Assembly: GCA_040384285.1 (NCBI GenBank)
Contig: JAZKJN010000006.1
Span: forward strand, 46,709 to 110,708
Direction: 5' to 3'
DNA length: 64,000 bases
Source: Patescibacteria group bacterium
Lineage (GTDB): Bacteria; Patescibacteriota; Minisyncoccia; Phycocordibacterales; PALSA-1337
Part shown: positions 44,965 through 54,441 of the stretch, one piece after another
Position numbering within the stretch: position 1 is the first letter of the stretch
Layout: every line of letters begins with the position of its first letter
Notes under the pieces: generated by a model
What the model was told of the DNA's origin: nothing
Seen by the model: the letters and a program-made list of their open reading frames with translations, nothing else
Databases searched by the model: none
Translations under genes and position numbers: made by a program

Positions 44965-47900
44965 CTATCTCGAAATAACGCCTAAGGGTATGAAGTTTCT
45001 ATAAACTTTTGAAACCTGAAGGTAGACTGACTCAACTACTTGTTCTAACTCCTCTTTATCCATCAGGCCCTTTTGTAATAGCAAAAGACGCACGTTTTGT
45101 CGTATTCGTGCTTTTATTGTTTCATTATTATTCCAATCAATAACAAGGTCTCTTCGAATACGTTTTACCAACTCTTTCGTGAATTCTTTAAAATCTATAT
45201 CCGATTTCTTTAGATAGGGGTCTGCCACAAGAGTGTCGTAGAAGCTTATTTCTTCGTATGACAATCCCAGGTCCTTGACCTCTCCATCAAGTTTTTTGAT
45301 TTCATCTGCAATTTCAAGAAGTCTTTTAATTATCTCTGCGGAACTAATCACGTTATTTTCGTAACTTTCGATCAAGGAGGTTAGGAGTGTGAGCATGGTC
45401 TCATATCGAGCCTTATTCATCTTCATTCGAGAGACTATTTCTTGATCGAGCAATTTGCGGACAGCATCAACTGCGAAGTTTTGAAATCTGACCTTCTTTA
45501 TTTCTTCCACAAATTTCGCATCAAATATTGAGATGCTCTTTGACTGCCCATCCTTAGCGAACAAGTCGATAACTCCTTCAGCTTGAATTGAATCCTGGAC
45601 AAGACTACGAATTGCGCTCTCTGTTTCTTCTGGAAACACAACTTTCGGCACAAGAGTTTGTTTGTTAATTCCTTCTTTAATTGCCTGCAGAAATTGCACG
45701 TCAGTTACGATATCCATTCCAGCCTGAGAAGGCATCACGAGAGCATGAAGTTTAGATAAATGATTTACTGTAGCGATATATTTCATCTTCTGATCATCCG
45801 AAAGTCGATCGTCTTTTGAAATAACCTCATTGATACACTCCTGCAACAAATTAGATAGGTCTATTCCCCTTAGATCTCTCCAACCTTTAAATTTCACTTC
45901 ACCCAAGAAAGCAATAGCTTCTCGATGGGCCTTTTTCATCTCTGAAATAATTTCATCAAGTGGTAGTAATGCATTCTTTTGAATATCAGAATCATACATC
46001 GCCAGAGCTTTCTTTAGGTTTTCAGCGATACCAATATAATCCACAATCAGACCACCTGGCTTATCTTTATACACCCGGTTCACTCGAGCAATCGCTTGCA
46101 TGAGGCCGTGATTCTTCAGGGGCTTATCGAGATACATCGTATGCGCACTTGGCACGTCAAAACCCGTCAGCCACATATCACACACAATAGCTATTTTGAG
46201 AGAGTCACTCGTTTTTTTAAATCGTTTTTCTAATTTCTTTACATCTCGCTCTGATTGAATATCACTTGCAAACTCATCACTATTTGAAATCACTACAGCA
46301 CACTCAGGTGCACCTGATATCTTTTGTATCTCTTTATACATAGATACAGCGATTCGACGACTCATAGTAACCACCATCGCCTTGCCCTCAATAGGTCGAT
46401 TATTATAGTGATTCACTATGTCTTTTGCTATCTGTTCGATACGACTTTGAGATCCGACCACTTCTTCAAGCACCGCCCATTCTTTACGAGCTTTTGCTTT
46501 TTCATCTACAATTATTTCTCCTAAGATATCATCGAACTTTGAATCAATAAATTTATCGGCGAGATGGAGTGGAACGAGCCTACCTTCATAATATATAGGG
46601 ACTGTCGCACCGTCTTCTACAGACTGCCCAATTTTGTATGAACTAATTATAGATCCGAACTCTTTCTGAGTAACTCTATTGTCTTGTGCAATAGGAGTTC
46701 CTGTAACTCCCAGGAGACTTGCGTTAGGAAGTGCTTTTCTCAATATTCCAGCAAAAATACTGTACTGTGATCTGTGTGCTTCATCGGCAATAACAATAAG
46801 ATTCTCTCTCGTTGAAAGAATGGCCACATTGTCAGGATCATCCTGAAACTTTTGTATGGTTGTAAAAATCAATTCGCCCCCAATTTTTTCTAGCTTTGAT
46901 TTTAAATCGCGAATACTATCTGCCCTCTTTGCAAATGTCTCGTATCCAGTACGTTTGAATGTTTTATAAAGTTGATCGTCTAGGTCTTCACGATCAGTCA
47001 AAAATACATACGCAGGACTTTTAAGTTCTTCAATATTTTTTGTCTTATTCACATAGAAAACCATGGAGAGTGATTTACCAGACCCCTGTGTGTGCCAGAA
47101 AACTCCAATTTTACGATCTTGTTCACCTCGTATCGAGCGTAGGGTACTTTCCACGGTCGCATTTACTCCATAGTACTGATGATATAAACACATCTTCTTG
47201 GTAAATGTTACGGCCTCACCGTCCCCGTCAGCTTCAAATACAAGGAAGTTTTGCAGTACATCCAGAAAACGCACTTTATCCAATAATCCTTTTGTTAATA
47301 TTTCTAGCTGGTTTGAGTTCTTTGGTGCATCGGTCGGAGATGTAATACCTTTCCATGTTCCATACCTTTCCCACGATGAAGAAATGGTCCCGTGTCGAGC
47401 GTTAAGAAGATCCGACAATCCAATAACTTGATTGTACAAAAACAATTTTGGAATTTCTTTTTTATAGCGCTCTATTTGTCGATACGCTTCACCAATATGA
47501 GCAGATTCTCGCACAGCACTCTTCAATTCGAATACAGTGAGGGGTAGACCGTTCACGAAGATAACGAGGTCGAGACGGGAGATAGCATCAATACCTTGTA
47601 CGGTAAATTGATTTACTGCTAGAAATTCATTTGCGGAAGGCTCCTTAAAATCTATGAGCTTCACGAGTTCTGTTTTTTCTTCTCCATCCTCTCGGAAAGT
47701 AACTTTTTTCCCATTTACAATCCATGAATACATCTCCTTGTTACCGAGCATGGGGTCACTGTGAGAGTAATCTGCTATTTCCTTTACAATGACTTCTGCT
47801 TGTTCTGCTGGTAGAGATGGGTTGATTCTTCGAACTGCCCCGAGCAGGCGATCTTTCAAAACAACGCCTTGAAAATCCTCACGTTCTGACTGAGCTTGTC

Positions 47901-48000
47901 CCGGATTGATATCTGGGCCATAGACATGCTCATACCCCTGAGCCTTAAGCCAGCCGATGAGGGATTGTTCTGTTAAATTGTTTTCATTGAAGGGGTTCAT
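44965..48000 (-). CDS. hsdR: Type I restriction enzyme R subunit.
   Basis: 1011 aa. SF2 helicase motifs (HTQGSGKS, DEAH-like VIADEAHRSQ). N-terminal nuclease region. C-terminal HsdR-C. Confidence 0.9.
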   Translation of the reverse strand: MNPFNENNLTEQSLIGWLKAQGYEHVYGPDINPGQAQSEREDFQGVVLKDRLLGAVRRINPSLPAEQAEVIVKEIADYSHSDPMLGNKEMYSWIVNGKKVTFREDGEEKTELVKLIDFKEPSANEFLAVNQFTVQGIDAISRLDLVIFVNGLPLTVFELKSAVRESAHIGEAYRQIERYKKEIPKLFLYNQVIGLSDLLNARHGTISSSWERYGTWKGITSPTDAPKNSNQLEILTKGLLDKVRFLDVLQNFLVFEADGDGEAVTFTKKMCLYHQYYGVNATVESTLRSIRGEQDRKIGVFWHTQGSGKSLSMVFYVNKTKNIEELKSPAYVFLTDREDLDDQLYKTFKRTGYETFAKRADSIRDLKSKLEKIGGELIFTTIQKFQDDPDNVAILSTRENLIVIADEAHRSQYSIFAGILRKALPNASLLGVTGTPIAQDNRVTQKEFGSIISSYKIGQSVEDGATVPIYYEGRLVPLHLADKFIDSKFDDILGEIIVDEKAKARKEWAVLEEVVGSQSRIEQIAKDIVNHYNNRPIEGKAMVVTMSRRIAVSMYKEIQKISGAPECAVVISNSDEFASDIQSERDVKKLEKRFKKTSDSLKIAIVCDMWLTGFDVPSAHTMYLDKPLKNHGLMQAIARVNRVYKDKPGGLIVDYIGIAENLKKALAMYDSDIQKNALLPLDEIISEMKKAHREAIAFLGEVKFKGWRDLRGIDLSNLLQECINEVISKDDRLSDDQKMKYIATVNHLSKLHALVMPSQAGMDIVTDVQFLQAIKEGINKQTLVPKVVFPEETESAIRSLVQDSIQAEGVIDLFAKDGQSKSISIFDAKFVEEIKKVRFQNFAVDAVRKLLDQEIVSRMKMNKARYETMLTLLTSLIESYENNVISSAEIIKRLLEIADEIKKLDGEVKDLGLSYEEISFYDTLVADPYLKKSDIDFKEFTKELVKRIRRDLVIDWNNNETIKARIRQNVRLLLLQKGLMDKEELEQVVESVYLQVSKVYRNFIPLGVISR

Positions 48001-48358
48001 GTTTTTTATATCTATCAGAAAAGACTATCACAGTGTAAAGTATAATTCCCGAAACGATAATTCCTGCACCCCATTCTATCTGATTATTAGTAAGTAAATT
48101 AACTCCGACTCCACCGCATACTACTGAAACCACGAACTTTAATATTTCATGAAAAATTAAAGTATGATTCCTACTTACCTGCACAGCATTAGTTTTATCG
48201 GCTTCATGATATTTACCTCGGTAATTCTCGAGCTCGTCCTGAGTCGTTTTTAATGATTTTTCTAATATCTTAACTTTTTCTGCCATTAACTTAAAAGCGG
48301 CAGTAGTTTTCTGCTCCTTAGGTGTAAGTCCATTTCCATTTTTATGTTTACTCGGCAT
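47984..48358 (-). CDS. Hypothetical protein with a coiled-coil N-terminus and two C-terminal TM helices, embedded in the hsd operon.
   Basis: The start is chosen at MPSKHKNGNG. The C-terminus is VVSVVCGGVGVNLL...IIVSGIILYTVIVF. It overlaps the hsdR start by 17 nt. Confidence 0.45.
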   Translation of the reverse strand: MPSKHKNGNGLTPKEQKTTAAFKLMAEKVKILEKSLKTTQDELENYRGKYHEADKTNAVQVSRNHTLIFHEILKFVVSVVCGGVGVNLLTNNQIEWGAGIIVSGIILYTVIVFSDRYKKHEPLQ

Positions 48359-48360
48359 AT

Positions 48361-48732
48361 CTATTGGAAAAATAAACTTATAGGATCTCGTTGTGACCAA
48401 GAAAAACTTTTCAGCGGCTTTAGAGGGACATGTTGTGTAAGCGGTCTAAGGGGTGCCAACTCCACAAACCCCGGAAAGGGTTTAAGTTGTTTGAATGGAA
48501 AAAGGGGGGCAGGATAATCTATAGGTTTTTCACCAAAACCCACCACGTAACCATCCCGATCCCGCATTACATCGTTCTGAATCCATCCAACATATTCACC
48601 TGAATAGTTAAAAAGGTTTTCCCCCTTGATAAAGCCTATATTTTTTCCAGAAAAAGAAACTAGCCGCCAGTCACTAAGGAGGCGTAATACTGGTGCACCG
48701 TAACGATTGTAAATTACATTAATTTCTTTCAT
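48361..48732 (-). CDS. Hypothetical repeat protein embedded in the hsd operon.
   Basis: Internal repeats of an aromatic-x-G-x-x-V-G-W/F pattern (YNRYGAPV, NYSGEYVGW, DRDGYVVGF). Confidence 0.45.
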   Translation of the reverse strand: MKEINVIYNRYGAPVLRLLSDWRLVSFSGKNIGFIKGENLFNYSGEYVGWIQNDVMRDRDGYVVGFGEKPIDYPAPLFPFKQLKPFPGFVELAPLRPLTQHVPLKPLKSFSWSQRDPISLFFQ

Positions 48733-48736
48733 GGAT

Positions 48737-49918
48737 TTAAATTAATTTTACAAGTAATCTCTCTCTCATTTTTGCTAGATTCTTTTTTTCTTTATCGAGT
48801 ACCTTAATTCTTTTCTTCATAGAATTAACCATGAGTTCAAATTTTATTAACACAGTTTCTTCTGGAACTATAATCAGAATGGAGTTAAGATTTTGTTGAG
48901 TAATCTTTGGCTGCACTCCACCTGTGATGTAAGAATCTATGTTTATATTTCTTATTGATAAATATAGAAAATAATTTGATACCTTATCTCCCGAGATTAT
49001 ATGAGCATGATTATTCACCCAAAAATCACCGTCGACCAAGTGAATGACAGGGGTATTTTTTCTTGTTTTTACACTTCCGTCCTCAGCAAATAATATATAT
49101 TCACCAGAAAATATTGACTTGTCGACATAATCAAGGACTCCATTTGCTCCATAGTAGGGGATTTTACCTCTTCGTTTATTTCTTTGCATAGAAGAGAGCG
49201 GGATCCTTTTATTGTCATGATTTTTTGAAATATTACCTAGAGAAGAGACTTCCCACCCCTGTGGAATCTTCCCCAAATCACTATCAACCATTCTTATTTT
49301 TTCCCATCCAGGAAAGCGGAAATTTATAAACCATTCATCAAAGAGGGCTTGTGCCACAGTCTCAAGGTTTTTAATTATTTTGTGATTATTTTCAATCTTT
49401 TCATCATATACATTCAAAATCTCTGCGATTCTTTTTTGAGTTGAGATATCTGGTACAGAAACGCTCACATGTTCAAAACTATCCTTAGTAATAGTATCAA
49501 AAACAGCACCGTGCACTATTTGTGTTAATTTAGGTATAGATGATTTGAGTAAATAGTATAGGTAACTTTGATCCATGTCTCTTTTAGCTCTAATACCGTA
49601 ACATGATTGATTAAACGCCATCGGACGAGATAATTGCGCCAAAGCACCCACGGTACCTCTGGCAGAAATGATAATATCGCCTTTATCTAGAACTCGCGTT
49701 GAAGAATTTTCTACCCCCACCTGAGTAATCTTTTTCTCCGCATTTGAAACCCATCTAAAATCATTATTGAAATCGACTACCGACAACCATGGAACGTCTC
49801 CATTCCAATATTCTTTTACCGTTGTCTTTGGAGTTCCACCTCCAACAAGATCAATGAACGAGGACAAGGCCCCTGTTCTCTTATTTGAAGTATTTATTTT
49901 TTCCAGTAATTTACTCAT
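48737..49918 (-). CDS. hsdS: Type I R-M specificity subunit.
   Basis: Two target-recognition halves separated by conserved helical spacer motifs. Overall HsdS pattern. Confidence 0.8.
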   Translation of the reverse strand: MSKLLEKINTSNKRTGALSSFIDLVGGGTPKTTVKEYWNGDVPWLSVVDFNNDFRWVSNAEKKITQVGVENSSTRVLDKGDIIISARGTVGALAQLSRPMAFNQSCYGIRAKRDMDQSYLYYLLKSSIPKLTQIVHGAVFDTITKDSFEHVSVSVPDISTQKRIAEILNVYDEKIENNHKIIKNLETVAQALFDEWFINFRFPGWEKIRMVDSDLGKIPQGWEVSSLGNISKNHDNKRIPLSSMQRNKRRGKIPYYGANGVLDYVDKSIFSGEYILFAEDGSVKTRKNTPVIHLVDGDFWVNNHAHIISGDKVSNYFLYLSIRNINIDSYITGGVQPKITQQNLNSILIIVPEETVLIKFELMVNSMKKRIKVLDKEKKNLAKMRERLLVKLI

Positions 49919-49920
49919 AA

Positions 49921-51714
49921 TTAAAATCCAAGTTCCTTAAGATTCTTTTCGATCTCTTTTTCAAGCTCTCGACCTTTTATAAATTGCTCCCGAAGCTCAC
50001 CTGAAAGCTTACTCATTTTTTCTTCAAATGAAATTCCATCATCTTCAATGTCCGCAAGCCCGACATATCTACCAGGAGTGAGGACGTATCCATTCTTTTT
50101 TATTTCCTCCGCATTTGCAGATTTACAGAAACCTAAAACATCTTTATATTTTGGCACTCCTGATTCCCCGCGCCATGCACTGACGGTGTCTGTAATTTTT
50201 CTAACATGATCCTCATTGAAAATTACTTGTTTACGAGAAATCTGCTCAAAGATTTCTCGAGCATCAATAAAGAGAGTCTCTCCCTTTCGTTTTCGAAAGC
50301 GGTCCCCTCCTTTATTTTTTGCCAAGAACCAAAGTGACACCGGCAGCGATACATTATAGAAAAGTTTGGAAGGACAAGATACTATCACATCTACCAGGTC
50401 AGCTTCGACAAGTTTTTGTCGAAGATCTCCTTCCTTACCCGACACAGCTAATGCACCGTTTGGCATAACGAATCCCGCCTGTCCCTTTGGTGAGAGATGG
50501 TGAATGAAGTGTTGCACCCACATAAAGTTTGCATTTCCAGATGGAGGTGTACCAAGCGTGATGCGAGGGTCATTATCAGAAAGCTTCGACGGTTCCCATT
50601 CTGCGTTAAATGGTGGGTTCGCAATGATAAAATCTGCTTGGAGGTGGGGAAATTTGTCTTGATAATAAGTATTACCTAGCTCGATCTTTCCGGAAAGTCC
50701 ACGGATAGCGAGGTTCATTTTACAAAGACGAAGAGTGGTTTGATTGCTCTCTTGACCACTAATTGCCAGCTTTGACGGATCCATCTTTTGTTCTCGTAAA
50801 TACTGCCCCATGGACACAAACATTCCTCCGCTACCACATGCAGGGTCCATTACCCTTGCATTTTCATAAGGCTTGAGGATTTCTACAAGTAATTTAACAA
50901 TAGAGCGTGGCGTGAAAAATTCGCCTCCACGTCTTCCTTCAGATGAGGCAAATTGACCCAAGAAATATTCGTAGATACGTCCCAAGATATCTTTTTCTCT
51001 ATCAAAATCATGATCAAAAGAAATTTGTGAAAATATGTTGACGAGTTCGCCTAGAACTGTGTGGTCAAGATTGGTTTTTGTGTATACGCGAGGAAGCACA
51101 TTTTCAAGCTGTAAGAGATTGTCTTTCTCAATAAGCTCCATTGCATTATCAAGAATTTTTCCCAATTCCGGACTCATCACCTTTGTTTGCAGATATTCCC
51201 ATCGGGATTTAGTGGGTACATAGAACACACCCTCAGAGGTGTAGAAGTCCTTTGTTTCAAGGATTGCCTTGCGTGCTTCCTCAGTCGTTACATAAAAATC
51301 CTCATCTTTGGGATTAGAAGTCTTTTCAGTGAGAACTTCACGACGTTTATAAAAAGAATCTGAAATATATTTCAAAAAAAGTAGCCCCAGAACAATATTT
51401 TTATATTCAGATACATCGATATTTCCCCGAAGTCTGTCGGCGGCTGCCCAAAGCTCCTTTTCAAACCCAAGATCGTGATGATTATTCTTTGTAAGAACAT
51501 TTTCCGTATTTTTCTTTTGTTCATTCTGAATACGATCTTGTATCTCCTTTGAAAGAGAAGATTTGGGTATTAGGTATGTTGGTTTTGAAGAATCTCCGAC
51601 ATTCTCAGCCTTAATTTCACCTTTTTTGATCTTTTGATGCACGGCAATACGGGTAATACCTAGCATCTTGGCTAGCTGTGTTGGAGTTACAAATTTGGAT
51701 TTATCGATTGACAT
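49921..51714 (-). CDS. hsdM: Type I R-M N6-adenine DNA methyltransferase with an N-terminal HTH extension.
   Basis: N-terminal HTH (TPTQLAKMLGITRIAVHQKIKKGEI), N6_Mtase motifs (MDPACGSGGMF, ANPPFN) and HsdM_N. Confidence 0.9.
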   Translation of the reverse strand: MSIDKSKFVTPTQLAKMLGITRIAVHQKIKKGEIKAENVGDSSKPTYLIPKSSLSKEIQDRIQNEQKKNTENVLTKNNHHDLGFEKELWAAADRLRGNIDVSEYKNIVLGLLFLKYISDSFYKRREVLTEKTSNPKDEDFYVTTEEARKAILETKDFYTSEGVFYVPTKSRWEYLQTKVMSPELGKILDNAMELIEKDNLLQLENVLPRVYTKTNLDHTVLGELVNIFSQISFDHDFDREKDILGRIYEYFLGQFASSEGRRGGEFFTPRSIVKLLVEILKPYENARVMDPACGSGGMFVSMGQYLREQKMDPSKLAISGQESNQTTLRLCKMNLAIRGLSGKIELGNTYYQDKFPHLQADFIIANPPFNAEWEPSKLSDNDPRITLGTPPSGNANFMWVQHFIHHLSPKGQAGFVMPNGALAVSGKEGDLRQKLVEADLVDVIVSCPSKLFYNVSLPVSLWFLAKNKGGDRFRKRKGETLFIDAREIFEQISRKQVIFNEDHVRKITDTVSAWRGESGVPKYKDVLGFCKSANAEEIKKNGYVLTPGRYVGLADIEDDGISFEEKMSKLSGELREQFIKGRELEKEIEKNLKELGF

Positions 51715-52053
51715 ACCTACAAGCTTAGCAAACTACTTTACACATGTAAAGTCCTATATTCATAATGAGGGTGAAAAGTTAGTAATAGTCCCCTTGACTT
51801 CCCCATTAAAAATGCCATAATCGTATCGCAAAGATGGAACAGGTTTCCAAAGACCAGGTAGTGGCGTGTGGGCTATCACAGTGCGAAATAGTTCACGCGA
51901 CATGTACGGGTGGAATAGAGACCAAGTCCTTTGCTGAGGTGGTATTGAAACACCAACAGTGACCAACGTACCTTAAGTGGCGACGTATGGACTGACAAAC
52001 ATCGAAAACTTGTTATTGTATCTCTGTTGAGCGGTCTAACCGTATAGAGAATG

Positions 52054-52087
52054 GCCACAGCGATTCGCACCGCTGTGGCTTTTTTAT
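52054..52087 (+). terminator. Intrinsic terminator in an ORF-poor spacer.
   Basis: gccacagcg-attcgcac-cgctgtggc followed by a T6 tract. Confidence 0.45.
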
Positions 52088-52270
52088 TTTTCAACTTTAC
52101 AACCCCAAACCCCATCTGCTACTATTACGAGCACATGAAGACATCACTTCATACAAAGCGAGCAGCGATTTATACCACCCTGTTTACAGTGTGGGATTTT
52201 TCGTTCAGTGCCGGCTTGTGTGATGGTGATTCGCTCTAAGGTATGAGATGAGAGAATTACGATGATAGAA

Positions 52271-52303
52271 GCGGGCTCTGAACACCAGAGTCCGCTTTGT
52301 TGT
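52271..52303 (+). terminator. Intrinsic terminator-like hairpin.
   Basis: gcgggctct-gaacacc-agagtccgc followed by TTTGTTGT. Confidence 0.35.
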
Positions 52304-52363
52304 ATGGTACGCGTGTGCGTATCATAAAGAAACAAAGGTTCTTCACTTCAACTCATTAAACGT

Positions 52364-52798
52364 ATGAATGCTGCTAGTTTTTCTCCCTGTGTGAGTCATC
52401 GGGGCTGTGGAGGTGGACCAACCGCAGAGGAAATTGCTCGTGAGTTTCTTCTGCGAAACCCAAATCCAGAAATCCATAGAAAAAAACACACAACAACCCT
52501 GCTTCCAGAACCTGGACCCAAAGTGATTCATGGGTGGATCGCCTTACCATCTCCACGGCAATGGTTTCCGGTATATCGTTTCAAGAGTGACGCTCAGTGG
52601 ATGACTATCGCCCAGTACAACGAAGCCAAGAGAGCAGGTGCGAAGGTGGGAGATTTCTTTACCACGAAACGTGGATATGGACCCGCAGACCCCGCTCGAC
52701 ACACTCACGCATGGAGGATCACCTCGGGTAAGCGCAGAGTTCCTGTTATTGCCAAGGATGGTGTATTTGTCCCACACAATCGCGCACACGAAGACTGA
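52364..52798 (+). CDS. Hypothetical protein.
   Basis: 144 aa ORF, GC-richer than average. The start is uncertain. Confidence 0.35.
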   Translation: MNAASFSPCVSHRGCGGGPTAEEIAREFLLRNPNPEIHRKKHTTTLLPEPGPKVIHGWIALPSPRQWFPVYRFKSDAQWMTIAQYNEAKRAGAKVGDFFTTKRGYGPADPARHTHAWRITSGKRRVPVIAKDGVFVPHNRAHED

Positions 52799-52819
52799 AA
52801 ATTTTTGAGTCCCCTTATC

Positions 52820-52856
52820 ACCACTATGGTTCGAGAAGTTCCATAGTGGTTTTTTA
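52820..52856 (+). terminator. Intrinsic terminator.
   Basis: accactatgg-loop-ccatagtggt followed by a T5 tract. Confidence 0.5.
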
Positions 52857-52864
52857 TTTACTTT

Positions 52865-53467
52865 TTATTTTACCGACTTCTTTGATACTTTCTTAAAAAC
52901 TTTCTTTGCCTTTGGGGCTACTTCTTCTGAAGTTTCTGCTACAGGAGTTTCTGTTGTGATTTCAATTGCTTTTGCAATGGGAGAATTTTGTGTGAGGGCG
53001 AGAGTAAGTGTATGGATTGAAGAGATGAGCTTGTCCATCTTTACGGTCATTGCTTCCATTTTCTTTTGGAGATCTCCTGTTGTGTTGGGAGTAGGAGCTC
53101 CGGCATATGATGGCTTTGGAGAATTAAAATCTCGTTTCATCTCACTTCGTCCTTCAGTTCGGAAATCTTTTCTGTTTGATCGTTCTCCACCCATAGCAGA
53201 TCGTCCGGCAAAACAGTCACGGCAATAGACTGGCTTGTCACCGTTTGGTCGGAATGGAACTTCGCATGTCTTGCCACAGCTTGCGCATACTGCACTGTGA
53301 AGAGTTATCGGGCCTCGCTCTGCGCGTGGACCATCAAATCCTGCACGTCCTCCTCGGTCTCCTCCTCGATCACCACCACGAAAAGCTCCTCCTGGTCGGA
53401 AGGCTCCACGATTGCTACCTGTTCGTTCATCTCGTCCTCCTCGGTCATTGCTTCTGAAGTTTTTCAT
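52865..53467 (-). CDS. RGG/Arg-Gly-rich protein with a CxxC-x17-CxxC zinc ribbon (zf-trcl-like).
   Basis: CASCGKTCEVPFRPNGDKPVYCRDCF. The N-terminus is a GGDRGGDRGGRAGF repeat region. Confidence 0.5.
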   Translation of the reverse strand: MKNFRSNDRGGRDERTGSNRGAFRPGGAFRGGDRGGDRGGRAGFDGPRAERGPITLHSAVCASCGKTCEVPFRPNGDKPVYCRDCFAGRSAMGGERSNRKDFRTEGRSEMKRDFNSPKPSYAGAPTPNTTGDLQKKMEAMTVKMDKLISSIHTLTLALTQNSPIAKAIEITTETPVAETSEEVAPKAKKVFKKVSKKSVK

Positions 53468-53762
53468 ATGTGTTTGTTAGTCGCACAACAGTATCATAAA
53501 AGTTATATTTTGTCTAGGTTTTCGGTTGGAAACGTCTTTTATACAAAAGAAAACCTCCCCACAAGCACAAGGCGAGTGAGGAGGAACTCATATGAGGCAA
53601 AAACGGAAAGAGCAAATAGAAATGAATGGATGAAGAGAGAGTGGATGATGTGTCGAAGCTGGGAAGCGGACACATTCACACCGTCTCATCATGGATCCAG
53701 ATCTCAAAGAACCTACGTATATATTGTATACCCGCACACAAGAAAGTCAAGCAATTTTTATA

Positions 53763-53786
53763 ACAAAAAAACAGCGTTTCCGCTGA
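53763..53786 (-). terminator. Intrinsic terminator.
   Basis: Minus strand reads cagcg-gaaa-cgctg followed by a T7 tract. Confidence 0.45.
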
Positions 53787-53790
53787 CGAT

Positions 53791-54060
53791 TTAATGCAAA
53801 AGTTCAAGGGGTACCTGGAGGATTCTCACTGAATAGAGTCCGAGGATCTTATAGTGATCAGCAGGCGGAACTGCCCCGCCTTGTAAAGCCGTGTACTCTG
53901 CTTCGCTTTTAACCACGAGAACCTCTTCAACACCCTTTCGTAAAATGATGGCGGAGAGAGTGTACGCTCCCCCCAACAATGGAAATGGTCCGTGAATGTT
54001 GAAAATTGGACAGCCATGTTGTTTTACAAAATCAGGCCCAAAATTTGAATTCGTTTTCAT
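53791..54060 (-). CDS. Hypothetical protein.
   Basis: The start is chosen at MKTNSNFGPDFVKQHG. Confidence 0.4.
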   Translation of the reverse strand: MKTNSNFGPDFVKQHGCPIFNIHGPFPLLGGAYTLSAIILRKGVEEVLVVKSEAEYTALQGGAVPPADHYKILGLYSVRILQVPLELLH

Positions 54061-54441
54061 GTCTGCAGAGAATCTACAACAAGTGTATGTAAAATACAAG
54101 ACCTCTATGCTACTCTATATATAGACAACCCCGACCCCCTAAACCTATGCCCTTTGCAAAAAACTTTGCCAGGACCTACGGAAAATTGCGATGTCCAGAA
54201 TTTCCACACTCGGGACGTCGCGAAGTTCCCCCACCCTGCTTCCGACTACAGATCAAAGATGTTGCTGAACTTCTCACGAGGTCAGTCCAACTTGTTAATC
54301 AAATAACGGCGGGAAGAAAATCTCGCAAGGCCTCCACCTCACGTCGATAGAACCCACCCGTTCATCGCCGTTTTTTTATTACAATTTTTCTCCCCACATT
54401 TGCCTCATTTCCCTCTCTCGTGTAATACTTAGCGCAAATAT

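Noticed and set aside
54147-54350. 67 aa ORF upstream of topA.
   Set aside because: Lies in the divergent promoter region. Arg-rich. No SD.
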